NCBI GenBank assembly: GCA_029938115.1
Contig: JAPYOP010000004.1
Location: 72,752-136,751 of the forward strand
Direction of reading: 5' to 3'
From: Colwellia sp.
GTDB lineage: Bacteria > Pseudomonadota > Gammaproteobacteria > Enterobacterales > Alteromonadaceae
DNA: 64,000 nt
Part shown: in pieces, positions 41,296 to 51,334 of the stretch
How the letters are laid out: each line of letters starts with the position of its first letter
How positions within the stretch are numbered: the first letter of the stretch is position 1
Position numbers and translations under genes: made by a program
Notes under the pieces: model-generated
The model's input: the letters and a program-made list of their open reading frames with translations, nothing else
Told to the model about the DNA's origin: nothing
Databases searched by the model: none

Positions 41296-42552
41296 TTAAT
41301 AAACCTTGTCATAGAATTCATTTAGCCACTTTTCAAATTGAGAAATAGGTAAAGGCTTTGCGATAACATAGCCTTGAGCATTATCACAGCCCATTTTTTG
41401 TAACAAGTCTAAGGTTTCTTGGTCTTCAACACCTTCTGCAATCACTGACATTTTTAAGTTGTGTCCAAGTAAAATGCAGGTATCTACAATAGCTTTTGAC
41501 TCCACACTAGTAAGCATACCGCTAACAAATGTCCTATCTATTTTTAGCTCAGTAAAAGGGACTCGATGTAATTGAGACAGCGAAGAATAGCCGGTACCAA
41601 AGTCATCAATCGACAACTGAAAACCTTTAAGCCGAAGACGTGTTAATATATTCAATGATGTGGTTAATTCAGTCATTAATGCTGATTCGGTTATTTCTAG
41701 CATTAACATACTGGGGTCGACTTCATTTTCATTAACTAATCGAGTGAGTTGATCTGGCAAGGTAAATGAGGTGATATTTTGCGCCGATATATTAATTGAA
41801 ATTTTTAAACCTAAGGCGCGTTTATTCCATAATTTGAGTTGCGCTATTGCTAAATTTATTACCCGTTCAGTCAATTGTTCAATAACGCCTGACTGTTCTG
41901 CTAATGGAATAAATTGATCCGGAAAAATCACGCCATACTCAGGATGATGCCATCTCACTAACGCCTCTACGCCTATAATCTTTTGCTGTGAAAGGCTCAT
42001 TTGAGGTTGATAGTATAAAACCAATTGCTGCTGTTTTATCGCTTCTTTTAACTCGAGAAAAGTAAGTTGAAAATCTATGGCTTTATTTGTCGAAAACTTT
42101 CTTCTGGGATGAACAGAATCAAGTGAATTCCCCTTAGATCCGCTATCGTGTGTTATCGAATTATTTTGGTTATTTATCTCCCTTAAAGTCATTAAAATTT
42201 TAATTAAATAGGGAAATTTAATTGGTTTAGTTAAATAAGTAATAATATTCAAGCCATATTCTTTAGCGAGTTGCATGGATGAGTGTAAAACGCCTTCGTC
42301 ACAGGCACTCATTATCAGTAATGAACAATTTTTATTAACATAGGCAAGCTCTCTGATGACTTGTACACCATCCATGTCAGGCATTTTCAAATCAAGCAAG
42401 ACAACATCATCATCATTAATAGGAGAAGCTAAAAATGCCTTAGCGCTTTGATGAACAACCACATTAAATTCATCACAAGTATAAGCCTCCAACAAATCAC
42501 ACATTTGAATATCGTCATCGACGATATAAAGTTTTGCTGATTCCGCTTTCAT
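41296..42552 (-). CDS. Response regulator REC-EAL (c-di-GMP phosphodiesterase)
   Basis: REC (IVDDD, VLLDLKMPDMDG). All EAL catalytic blocks are present: EALVRW, NISAQ, EITES, DDFGTGYSS, LKIDRTFV, AEGVED, QGY. Confidence 0.9.
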   Translation of the reverse strand: MKAESAKLYIVDDDIQMCDLLEAYTCDEFNVVVHQSAKAFLASPINDDDVVLLDLKMPDMDGVQVIRELAYVNKNCSLLIMSACDEGVLHSSMQLAKEYGLNIITYLTKPIKFPYLIKILMTLREINNQNNSITHDSGSKGNSLDSVHPRRKFSTNKAIDFQLTFLELKEAIKQQQLVLYYQPQMSLSQQKIIGVEALVRWHHPEYGVIFPDQFIPLAEQSGVIEQLTERVINLAIAQLKLWNKRALGLKISINISAQNITSFTLPDQLTRLVNENEVDPSMLMLEITESALMTELTTSLNILTRLRLKGFQLSIDDFGTGYSSLSQLHRVPFTELKIDRTFVSGMLTSVESKAIVDTCILLGHNLKMSVIAEGVEDQETLDLLQKMGCDNAQGYVIAKPLPISQFEKWLNEFYDKVY

Positions 42553-42642
42553 TATTGATTTCCTTTGAGTATGACTTAACGATCGTTTGATTTATAAGCT
42601 ACCTTGCATTGCAATATAATTAACAAGGGATTTATTTTTATC

Positions 42643-45420
42643 TCAGCTTTTATTTGAATCTAATAATTTCCGAGCATTGGCTAATAATTCAAATGAAGTG
42701 TATGGTTTTGAGATTATCGGAATATCCTCAAAACGACCATGTGGAATATTAATCTCACCATCAAAGCCAGTAGCAAATAAAATGGGGATACTCAGATCTA
42801 AAGCCCTAATTTTTTCAACTAGTTGGTAACCATTTATTTTTGGCATAATCACATCACTAATGATCAAGTCGATACTTTGTTCTTTAAGGTAGGACAGTGC
42901 CCCCTCACCGGAGCTTGTTTGAAAAACGGTATAACCTTCATTTTCGAGAATGGTTTTTGCAAGTAACCCTAAGGCTAATTCATCGTCAACCACTAAAATT
43001 TTTTCTTTACATTTAAATGATATATATTTATTTATATAGGATAGATTTTTACTATTTTTAGATTTGCTTCTTGGTAAATAAATTTTAAACGAGGTACCAA
43101 TATTGACTTCTGAATAAACGTAAATCCCCCCCTGAGAAGAAGTAATAAAACCATAAACTTGTGATAAACCTAAACCGCTACCTTCATCGCCCTTAGTAGT
43201 GTAAAAAGGTTCAAATATCTGACGTTTCACTTCAGCATTCATTCCACAACCATTATCTGTGATGGATAAACAAATAAAATCTCCCGCGATTAAATTATAT
43301 CGATCCGCTTCAATAGCTGAAAGTGTGACGTTTTGAGTTGATATTGATAATAATCCACCATTAAACATGGCATGTTTGGCGTTAATACCTAAATTAAGGA
43401 TCACATCATCAAATGCATTTATGTCAACTTTAGTGCACCATAAATTGTCAGCTAAGGAATAATCCATAGTCACTAATGGCGTAAGTGTTTTTGCTAACAT
43501 TTCTTGAGTAGCCATTAATAAATAATTAATATTAATGACTTCACTTTTTTTCGGTTTTTGTTTTGAAAAAGTTAGTAGTTTACGAGTTAACTCGCAACCA
43601 CGATTACTCGCGGTAATAATTTGCTGACAGTATTTTAAAAGCTTAGGGTTTTGTTCTTGATCTAGCCCTAGTTCCAATAGTTCGCCAAAACCTGACACAA
43701 TACCCAATAAATTATTAAAATCATGAGCAATGCCACCGGTTAACTTTCCTAAAGCATCCATTTTTTGTATACGCTGCAACTTTTCTTGCTGTTCAGTATA
43801 AGTGCTTAAATCATGGCAAGTGCCAACATATCGAATATTATCATTGGCATCTGAAGAAAGTTCAGTAATGGATAAGCTGATTGGAAATTCTTGACCATTT
43901 CTTTTAAGAGCAATCACTTTCCGGCCAATACCTATAACTTTTGCTTTTTTAGTTTGTTGATAATCTTCTAGATAAGTATCATGCATAATTGCTATTGATT
44001 TTGGCATTAATAACTTAATATTTTGTCCTAAAAGCTCGGAGTCAGAATAACCAAACATTATTTCAGTTGCGGCATTTATACTTAAAATAATGCCTTTACT
44101 ATTGATGGTAATAACTGCATCAATTATTGCACTTAAAATCTCTCGTTTTTCTGTTTCTTTTTGAGCTAAAAGTTTTAGTTGCTGTCGCTCTTGGGTGACG
44201 TCTCTAACAATGGAAACAACACCTATAACTGTGCCACAATCATCTTTAATGAGTGAATTATGCCATTCCGTTATTATAATATCGCCATTTTGCATAATTA
44301 AGGAATGAACACTATGCTCCCCCCCTTCAATAATAAGTAAATCTTTCCATACTTTTTCAACTGTTTTTTGTTCATTAATAGGCACTAAGGTTGAAATAAA
44401 GTCGAGTTGTTTTAATTCATCTCCGGTATAGTTGAGCATTTTTATTGCAGATTGATTGCATTCGAGCAACTTAAAATCTGCATCCCATTTAAAAGACGCT
44501 AACGGTGCTTGTTCACTATACAATTTTAAACATTGTTGTGTTTCTTGATGAACCGTATGAAGGGCCAGATGTTTTAACTCGCTGGATATTTTGCCAGCAA
44601 AGATCTTTAAAATATCTTCCCAATATTTACTTTTATCAATATCTTTGGTAAATAATAAAATTAATCCACCAATCACTTTTTTATTAACATCGAATATAGG
44701 CACCCCGATGTAACTTTGAATATGTTGTTCTACAAAAAATACATCTTTTGGAAATAGCGTTTGAATATCTTGATGAAAATAACAAATGCTATCATTGGTG
44801 ATATTGATATTATTTACAATATCGTCACATGGGGTACCTTTAAGCTCATAAGTAATATTTTCAATTATTTGCATATCGCAGCAATAGGCCACTGTTTTCA
44901 TTTTCAGGCCATCACCAAAGTTATTCAAGCCAATAAGAACTTTGTCTGCTCCAAATAATTCAGCAATTTTTAACGCGACATTGTTAAAGAAATTGGCGTT
45001 ATCAGCCGTGAAAATTAAGTTAGCGGTCTCTGAGATACTTCTAATTAAAGAATGCTGTTCGGTTACATCATTCATTGAAATGGTAATAAGTCTTTTAGAA
45101 TTATATTTAAATTCAGATATATCGTAACTAATCGTTAATTCATTGCCCTGATGATTTTTGAGTTGAACAAGATGATTTTTGAGTGTTTTTTTATCATTTA
45201 AACTATCAATAATAAATGAAAAGTTATCTTTACCTAGCCATGTACAGTCTTCAAATACATTTTTAGCCATCAAACGATCTTTACTATCACTTAACATATA
45301 ACAGGCTGTTTGATTAATTTCTTCTCGCATACCTGTATCTAAATCAATAATTTGTATACCTATGGGACTAGAGTGAAATGCAGTCGACACTAAACTGTCG
45401 CTTTCATATGATTTAGACAC
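42643..45420 (-). CDS. Hybrid sensor kinase PAS-GAF-PAS-PAS-HisKA-HATPase-REC
   Basis: H-box KMDALGKLTGGIAHDFNNLLG. G-boxes DNGCGM and GSGLGLSQV. C-terminal REC (VVDDE, IISDVIMPKINGY, SKPY). Start proposed at GTG 45420, preceded by agaggga. The track start at 45456 is also GTG. Confidence 0.9.
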   Translation of the reverse strand: MSKSYESDSLVSTAFHSSPIGIQIIDLDTGMREEINQTACYMLSDSKDRLMAKNVFEDCTWLGKDNFSFIIDSLNDKKTLKNHLVQLKNHQGNELTISYDISEFKYNSKRLITISMNDVTEQHSLIRSISETANLIFTADNANFFNNVALKIAELFGADKVLIGLNNFGDGLKMKTVAYCCDMQIIENITYELKGTPCDDIVNNINITNDSICYFHQDIQTLFPKDVFFVEQHIQSYIGVPIFDVNKKVIGGLILLFTKDIDKSKYWEDILKIFAGKISSELKHLALHTVHQETQQCLKLYSEQAPLASFKWDADFKLLECNQSAIKMLNYTGDELKQLDFISTLVPINEQKTVEKVWKDLLIIEGGEHSVHSLIMQNGDIIITEWHNSLIKDDCGTVIGVVSIVRDVTQERQQLKLLAQKETEKREILSAIIDAVITINSKGIILSINAATEIMFGYSDSELLGQNIKLLMPKSIAIMHDTYLEDYQQTKKAKVIGIGRKVIALKRNGQEFPISLSITELSSDANDNIRYVGTCHDLSTYTEQQEKLQRIQKMDALGKLTGGIAHDFNNLLGIVSGFGELLELGLDQEQNPKLLKYCQQIITASNRGCELTRKLLTFSKQKPKKSEVININYLLMATQEMLAKTLTPLVTMDYSLADNLWCTKVDINAFDDVILNLGINAKHAMFNGGLLSISTQNVTLSAIEADRYNLIAGDFICLSITDNGCGMNAEVKRQIFEPFYTTKGDEGSGLGLSQVYGFITSSQGGIYVYSEVNIGTSFKIYLPRSKSKNSKNLSYINKYISFKCKEKILVVDDELALGLLAKTILENEGYTVFQTSSGEGALSYLKEQSIDLIISDVIMPKINGYQLVEKIRALDLSIPILFATGFDGEINIPHGRFEDIPIISKPYTSFELLANARKLLDSNKS

Positions 45421-45661
45421 TGGTTTCCCTCTTAACTTGAGAAGTATTACAAACACAAAAATGAATTGTAAACGCTCAAAACAAAAAGTACAATCGATAA
45501 ATTCGATATAATTAAGCGTTTTAAAAGCAATAAAGTAAAAAACTCTGATAGATTTAACCTAAATCAATAATTAATATTAAGATACGTGCTATAAAGTTAG
45601 CTCTTATTTATTAAAGGTTATTACTGCCTAATTATATTGATACTTTTTTGAGAATTAAAAA

Positions 45662-46219
45662 TTGAATAATCCAGAAAAATTACTTACTCCAGGCCAAGTT
45701 GGGAAACTGCTAAGCGTATCACCGATAACTGTTCGGTTTTGGGCTAAAGAGGGTCGTTTAAAGTTTATTACAACCCCTGGAGGTCATCGTCGATTTGAAC
45801 GCACTGAAATAGAGAAATTAATTAAAGGTAAACTAGTTGCTAAAAAAGAGAAAACTATCGTTATCGTAGAAGATGACGAACAACATGCCGAATTATTAGT
45901 TGAATTTATTGAAGTCTTATATCCCAAGTACGAGGTTAAAGTTGCCTACAGTGGTTTTGAAGCGGGCAGTGTGATAGAGATCCTCAAACCAAACCTTATT
46001 TTTCTAGATTTAGTTATGCCTGATATTGATGGTTTAGCCGTTTGTAAACATATCAGATCAAATGACGCCACTAAAAACATTCCCATTATCGCGATGTCAG
46101 GCCTTTCTCGACAAGAAAATATAGATGAGGTTATTTCATCAGGCGCTAATCAGTTTTTAACTAAACCAATAAAATTATCGGTATTAAAACGAGCAGTAGA
46201 CTCTTTAATAGTAGATTAA
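45662..46219 (+). CDS. N-terminal HTH (MerR/excisionase-type) + C-terminal REC regulator
   Basis: HTH LLTPGQVGKLLSVSPITVRFWAKEGRLKFITTPGGHRRF, followed by a complete REC (IVEDDE, IFLDLVMPDIDG, AMSG, TKPI). The only available start upstream of the HTH is TTG 45662. Confidence 0.75.
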   Translation: MNNPEKLLTPGQVGKLLSVSPITVRFWAKEGRLKFITTPGGHRRFERTEIEKLIKGKLVAKKEKTIVIVEDDEQHAELLVEFIEVLYPKYEVKVAYSGFEAGSVIEILKPNLIFLDLVMPDIDGLAVCKHIRSNDATKNIPIIAMSGLSRQENIDEVISSGANQFLTKPIKLSVLKRAVDSLIVD

Positions 46220-46427
46220 CTTAATAAAGGGTTCATTTAGAAACTGGCTTCTATTTAAGCGCTGACAACTCTAAACATCCATTCAGGGTGAAAGCAATAC
46301 ATTTGGCTAAGTTTGCAGTCAACGAAAAGGATTTTAATAGCTTTAGAATCGTCGTGTATATATCAAAATCCGGGTAGAAATTTTGATGACCCCCGCTGAA
46401 ACAAGTAATTGCTCCGGAGCTTTACGC

Positions 46428-47282
46428 TCAAACGACCAGTACGGGTATGCCAGCCAATGCCCAATCAAAAAACACCGCGCTCATCACAACGAGGAAAATA
46501 GTTACTAATGAGACTATAGTCCGTGGTGACCATTTCAGTTTGTCTAGCGCAAGGCCGAGCAAGGGCAATATTTGCATCATGTGGGTCGCAATAAAATGTG
46601 GAATGCGTAAATCACCCACTTCGCGTGACCAGCCCACAACAGGGATTTTCACATGATTAATAACGTCTCCCACTAAATGAGAATGTGCAGGGGCGCGTGC
46701 CATTGTCATCGCATAAATTAGCGTTAATACCGAGCCTATGGTTAACCCTAAGATAGAGCCAAGTCGCAAGCCTGGTAGAGTCTTCTCGCCATATTTATAA
46801 ATCAATAAACCCAGTACAAAAGACACCAAAATAAGATTCACTGCGCCAACCCCCATTAAACCATACATTATCGATTCAAAATCCGTTGAACCATTGTAAT
46901 GAGAAGCCCTGCCACGGGCGGCTTGCACGCTAATATAGAGCTGTTCGAACAACATTGAAGCCACCGCTAAATAAGTAAATGCCATCAAAATAACTCCCGT
47001 GCGGCGCTGGCGATCCAACTGCTGAGCTAGCAGCGCTAGCGTTAGAAAATGTATTCCTAACGACAGAGAGAACTTAATCGGTTTTGCCCATATCGGTGAA
47101 AAATTTAACACGCGTGCATCGAAATAATAAGCGGGTAACATCAGCAAGGTCAGTGCAAATAAAAACAAGCACGACATGGTAAGTACTCGAGTAATATAAT
47201 CATTATCCAATCGCTGACTAAACCTAATGAATGACACTGGCGCCTGATGTTGTTGCTGATTGCCAAATAGCTTAGTAAGCAT
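46428..47282 (-). CDS. Polytopic inner-membrane protein, function unknown
   Basis: 284 aa with about 7 hydrophobic helices. Overlaps the upstream DUF4281 gene by 11 nt, so probably co-transcribed. Confidence 0.5.
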   Translation of the reverse strand: MLTKLFGNQQQHQAPVSFIRFSQRLDNDYITRVLTMSCLFLFALTLLMLPAYYFDARVLNFSPIWAKPIKFSLSLGIHFLTLALLAQQLDRQRRTGVILMAFTYLAVASMLFEQLYISVQAARGRASHYNGSTDFESIMYGLMGVGAVNLILVSFVLGLLIYKYGEKTLPGLRLGSILGLTIGSVLTLIYAMTMARAPAHSHLVGDVINHVKIPVVGWSREVGDLRIPHFIATHMMQILPLLGLALDKLKWSPRTIVSLVTIFLVVMSAVFFDWALAGIPVLVV

Positions 47283-47742
47283 GATGATTCTCCTCTGATT
47301 GAACCGGCATTGGTTGCGTCATAATTGCACGCATCAACAAAAAGAGTCCTAGCCCTAAGGGGCCAAACATAAAGGTTGCTATTAATATAGGGGCTTGAAG
47401 CAGTCGGGATAGTCTAATTTCGTCGGCATGACGGGCTATCCAACTACCAACAAACAAATCGAAGGCCAAATAATGAACCCAACCAGCTAATAAAACAGCG
47501 TCATTTTCAAATAGTACTCTAACCGAAGCAAGCGAACTATACCCACCGTCACTACTAAAAAAGTGAGTGAGAATTAAGCCGCTATAAAGCGCACTAAGCC
47601 CTAAAGGCAACAAGTATTGAGCAATAAATATCAACGCTTTATTGCGCGGCAACAGCACCAAAATAAGCCAACCGCATAATGCGGATTGCCCCGCCCAACC
47701 AAATAACTGTTCTACTTCCATCATCTTTATATCTCTTTTCAT
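47272..47742 (-). CDS. ABA4-like / DUF4281 small membrane protein
   Basis: About 150 aa with 4 TM helices. Motifs FGWAGQSALCGWLILVLLP and VHYLAFDLFVG resemble the DUF4281 family. Confidence 0.55.
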   Translation of the reverse strand: MKRDIKMMEVEQLFGWAGQSALCGWLILVLLPRNKALIFIAQYLLPLGLSALYSGLILTHFFSSDGGYSSLASVRVLFENDAVLLAGWVHYLAFDLFVGSWIARHADEIRLSRLLQAPILIATFMFGPLGLGLFLLMRAIMTQPMPVQSEENHHAY

Positions 47743-47889
47743 AAGTGTTATTAACTAAGAAACAGGATTTAATCAGCAGCGATGGCTACATTCGTCCAAA
47801 TAGGACTACTTAGACGTACAAATCGGACGATTAGCACTTAGATGGTCGATAATTTAGCTGTCAGGAAAACAAAGTGGCGTAAGAAGATA

Positions 47890-49098
47890 TTATTGCACTA
47901 AGGTATGGCGGTACTGGCTTGGAGTCTGATTAATGAATTGTTTAAAGACGGCATTAAAGGTACTTTTTGAGGAAAACCCTGCTGTCATTGCCAAATCGAT
48001 AATTTTTATGTTTTGATCATGTTTTAGCCGCTGACAAACAAAATTTATTCGATACTCGTTTACAAATTGGTAAAAATTTTTGCCTTGATGTTGGTTCAAT
48101 ACTTCTGATAAATGATGAGTACTAATACCAACGATGTCTGCCAAACGGGTTAAGGTCAGTTGACTATCGAGATATGGCTGCTCAGTTTTCATTTTTTCGA
48201 TAATAACAGTTAAGAGGCTTTTTCTTATTTCTGGATCTAATGCGCCACCCTGTTCACTAGTACGTTCTTCACAAGACTCTGTGCTTCTGGCTGTGACAAG
48301 GTCAGTTTCTGCTTCTTGCTCGGGTTCGCTTGTTGCTAATTGCGCAATTTTAAATAAGGTTGGATTTCGCCACTGCGCCATAGCAATACTGTAAATAAAA
48401 ACAATGATCAGCACATCGCCAACAATAGATAAAGAATAGAATTCAGAGGCAAATCCATCCGCGGTTTTTAGTATCCAAATGACCAGATCTAACAACAGCA
48501 ATTTCCATAACCAAGTGAACATTTCAGGATTAAAATTTGATAATGTCTGATTCGCTTTGCGCTGAAAGCGTCGAACCATTGTCATGCTCAAACCAATGTA
48601 TATAAATGATTGCAATGTTAAAATTACTTGTCCGGCAATAATCGGAGTTAAGTTACTCGGTCCGTGCAAAATTGCCTCAAGCTTTATTTCAGGTGATGAT
48701 AAAAAAAGCTCAATATTAAGCAGATAACAGAGTATAAAAGGCGAAAAATGTAGTAAGTCTTTAAGTGCAAAGGGTCTATCGATGACCGCGTGGCGGCAAT
48801 AAAGATAAATAAACGCACCATAACTGGCCGGCAGAAATTGGTGTAGCCCAATTAACGCGGAAAATGCGTTGAGTTCACCATTAATGTAAATAAAAGGACC
48901 AAGAAAATTCAAACCTAAGAACAGACACCATGTGCCCAAAATACGGCTAGCGGTGGAGTTTTGAGGGCCCCATATCAACAAGCCCGCGAGCACAAAGCCT
49001 TGAAATACACCTATCACATGTAAATACTGCATTAAAATAGACATATATACGCTTAACTTTCCTATATTTGGCCAAGTAGCTAACGATAACAGCAGCAA
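47890..49098 (-). CDS. AraC-family transcription regulator with N-terminal multi-TM domain
   Basis: About 240 aa of TM helices, then an AraC HTH pair (LTRLADIVGISTHHLSEVLN...DLAMTAGFSSKSTFNAVFKQFINQTPSQYR). The real start may be the internal ATG 49044. Confidence 0.8.
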   Translation of the reverse strand: MLLLSLATWPNIGKLSVYMSILMQYLHVIGVFQGFVLAGLLIWGPQNSTASRILGTWCLFLGLNFLGPFIYINGELNAFSALIGLHQFLPASYGAFIYLYCRHAVIDRPFALKDLLHFSPFILCYLLNIELFLSSPEIKLEAILHGPSNLTPIIAGQVILTLQSFIYIGLSMTMVRRFQRKANQTLSNFNPEMFTWLWKLLLLDLVIWILKTADGFASEFYSLSIVGDVLIIVFIYSIAMAQWRNPTLFKIAQLATSEPEQEAETDLVTARSTESCEERTSEQGGALDPEIRKSLLTVIIEKMKTEQPYLDSQLTLTRLADIVGISTHHLSEVLNQHQGKNFYQFVNEYRINFVCQRLKHDQNIKIIDLAMTAGFSSKSTFNAVFKQFINQTPSQYRHTLVQ

Positions 49099-49371
49099 TT
49101 ATATATGAAAAGTAAAACTTTAGTCCTAACGGAACTAAGCTCATTTAAGGGCTGTATCTGTTGTTACTGCTATGTGTTTCATATCAGATAGTCGCTAACA
49201 CCAGCAGTTAATGTTTATTTAATTTCAAATAATTGTTATGAAATCACCCCTTTATCGCATTTTATTGCTGGCGATGTTTTTAGTCTACTTGTACAGTGGT
49301 TATTGCTGTTGCAAAAGACACTGGCGGCACAATGTCTCAGGGGAAGGTTGCTGTTGATAAAGCCAAAGGTG

Positions 49372-49431
49372 GCGGTAAAAATACCTGTTTCAAAAGCTGG
49401 TAAATCATTGAAAGACATGATTAATACTTAG
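49372..49431 (+). pseudogene. Degraded HU-family gene remnant (C-terminal tail only is readable)
   Basis: The frame ending at TAG 49429-49431 reads AVKIPVSKAGKSLKDMINT*, which matches the HU C-terminus pattern K(V/I)P.FKAGK.LKD. Upstream frames are broken. It is positionally equivalent to the HU pseudogene at 59023-59294. Confidence 0.35.
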
Positions 49432-50827
49432 ACCGATATTATTTTAAAGGTGAGCATTTTAATTATTCCTCTGCTCACCTTTTCCACAAATGAATCATAA
49501 ATTAAAAACTAAAACTAAAACTAAAGAATTAATCCTCTTCATCTTCAACACGAACGCCCCAAACATCATGTTCATCGGCATGAATAATTTGTACCCAAAT
49601 TTGGTCGCCAGGTTTAGCATCGAAATCATCAGACAAATAAACTTTGCCATCAACTTCGGGGGCATCCATATAAGAGCGCCCTACTGCGCCAAGAGAATTG
49701 ACTTCATCAATTAAGATTAAATACTCTTGACCAATGCGAGCTTGTAATTTGTCGCTACTAATTTTTGCTTGTACAGCCATAAAGCGTTGTAGCCTGCCTT
49801 CCATCACTTCATCTGGAACATGATCCGGTAATGCGTTTGCCGTAGCGCCTTCAACAGGCGAATATTTAAAGCAACCTACGCGATCTAATTGTGCCTCTTC
49901 TAGAAATACCAATAGTTCTTCAAACTCTTCTTCAGTTTCTCCCGGAAAACCAACAATAAATGTTGAACGAATAACTAGCTCAGGGCAAATCTCACGCCAT
50001 TTAGCAATACGCTCTAACACACGGTCTGAGCTACCAGGACGTTTCATTAGTTTCAAAATACGTTTATTGGCATGCTGAAAAGGAATATCTAAATACGGCA
50101 GTATTTTTCCTTCTGCCATAAGAGGTATGATTTTATCAACATGTGGATAAGGGTAAACATAATGCAAACGAATCCAAACGCCCTGCTTGGCTAATTCTTC
50201 ACAAAGTTGCTGCATATGCGTTTTAACGGGCATACCATCCCAAAAGTCAGTTTTGTGTTTAACATCAACGCCGTATGCAGACGTGTCTTGAGAAATAACC
50301 AGCAACTCTTTAACGCCAGCATCAACTAAGCGCTTTGCTTCACCCAGTACATCACCCACAGGACGAGAGTCTAAATCGCCACGCATTGACGGGATTATGC
50401 AGAAGGTACAACGGTGATTACAGCCTTCTGATATTTTTAAATAGGCATAATGCTTAGGGGTAAGTTTAACCCCCTGTGGAGGTACTAAATCAATAAATGG
50501 ATTATGTACTGGCTTAGCAACATGCTTATGTACTTGTGTTAATACCTCATCATAAGCATGAGGACCTGTAACCCCAAGAACATTAGGATGAAGTTCGATA
50601 ATTTCATCTTTTTTAACACCTAAACAACCGGTAACCAACACCTTGCCATTTGCTGCTAACGCTTCACCTATGGTATCAAGTGATTCTTGTACCGCTGAAT
50701 CAATGAAACCACAGGTATTAACAATCACTAACTCAGCATCATCGTAGCTATTGGTTACATCATAGCCTTCAGTACGAAGTTGAGTAAGAATGCGTTCAGA
50801 ATCAACAAGATTCTTCGGGCAACCTAG
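49426..50827. repeat. Direct repeat copy A (rimO 3' 1.3 kb + terminator), paired with 59308-60703
   Basis: Collinear with copy B at a constant offset of 9876 nt through the coding part. About 8% mismatches in a 120-nt sample counted by eye. Similarity ends abruptly at 50827/50828. Confidence 0.85.
49446..49482. terminator. Bidirectional hairpin terminator downstream of the truncated rimO copy
   Basis: Stem aaaggtgagca (49446-49456) / tgctcaccttt (49472-49482). T-run on the + strand and A/T-rich on the - strand. Confidence 0.6.
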
Positions 50828-50836
50828 GTTGTTTAC
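49529..50836 (-). pseudogene. rimO: 5'-truncated rimO copy (lacks promoter and first ~52 codons; remaining 433 codons intact)
   Basis: The frame is open from 50836 to the stop at 49529. Homology to the full copy begins at ...[14 protein letters not shown] (50827), and an in-frame TAG lies at 50837-50839 just upstream. The radical-SAM motif CNHRCTFC is retained. There are 11 amino-acid differences in the 399 aa shared with the ORF-track protein. Confidence 0.85.
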
Positions 50837-51334
50837 CTAAGCCCTATCTTTAACCCTGTAACAGAGCTAAAACTACCATATACTCTTTTCATATTAACGT
50901 TAATTTGCTCGAAAAATGTGTTCAACAATTTACACTTCAAGGTCATTCTAGCAACCTCAAATGAAGTCTCCTGATAAGTAAGGGCAGGCGTTATTAATTC
51001 AAACTAGGCATAGAGTCATCTCATTTAATTGAACTTTTAATAGTGCACGTATTCATTTCTTGTATTAGATACAACGGACAAAACACCTTATCCCAGTTAG
51101 CAAAAGGACGGTACTTTGCTAGCTCCAAACAGTTTGAGAAACAACAGAAACAAGAGGTAACAAATTAATATCGACTCCACTTTCTTATTCCTTAGGTAAT
51201 GATAAAGCCAATAAGTATAAAAATATAATTTTTTGTTCCTAATTTAACCATAAGCACATTTTCATCATTGTATGACGTGATATTGTCATTTATATTAGAT
51301 GTTATTATTTCCTATAACGCCAGTTGCTTACGTG

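Noticed and set aside
49238-49371. I tried to reconstruct a full HU reading frame upstream of the readable C-terminal tail near the truncated rimO copy.
   Set aside because: The frames are too broken to align confidently with HU. Only faint similarity is visible around GDVF...and ...GKVAVDKAK. Only the last 19 codons are reported, at low confidence.
50828-51298. I searched the junction region next to the truncated rimO, and the region 59009-59022 at the other edge, for an integrase, transposase, tRNA, att-like short direct repeats or terminal inverted repeats.
   Set aside because: None found by eye. The region contains no ORF of note and no tRNA-like cloverleaf. I therefore favour a homology-driven rather than site-specific insertion.
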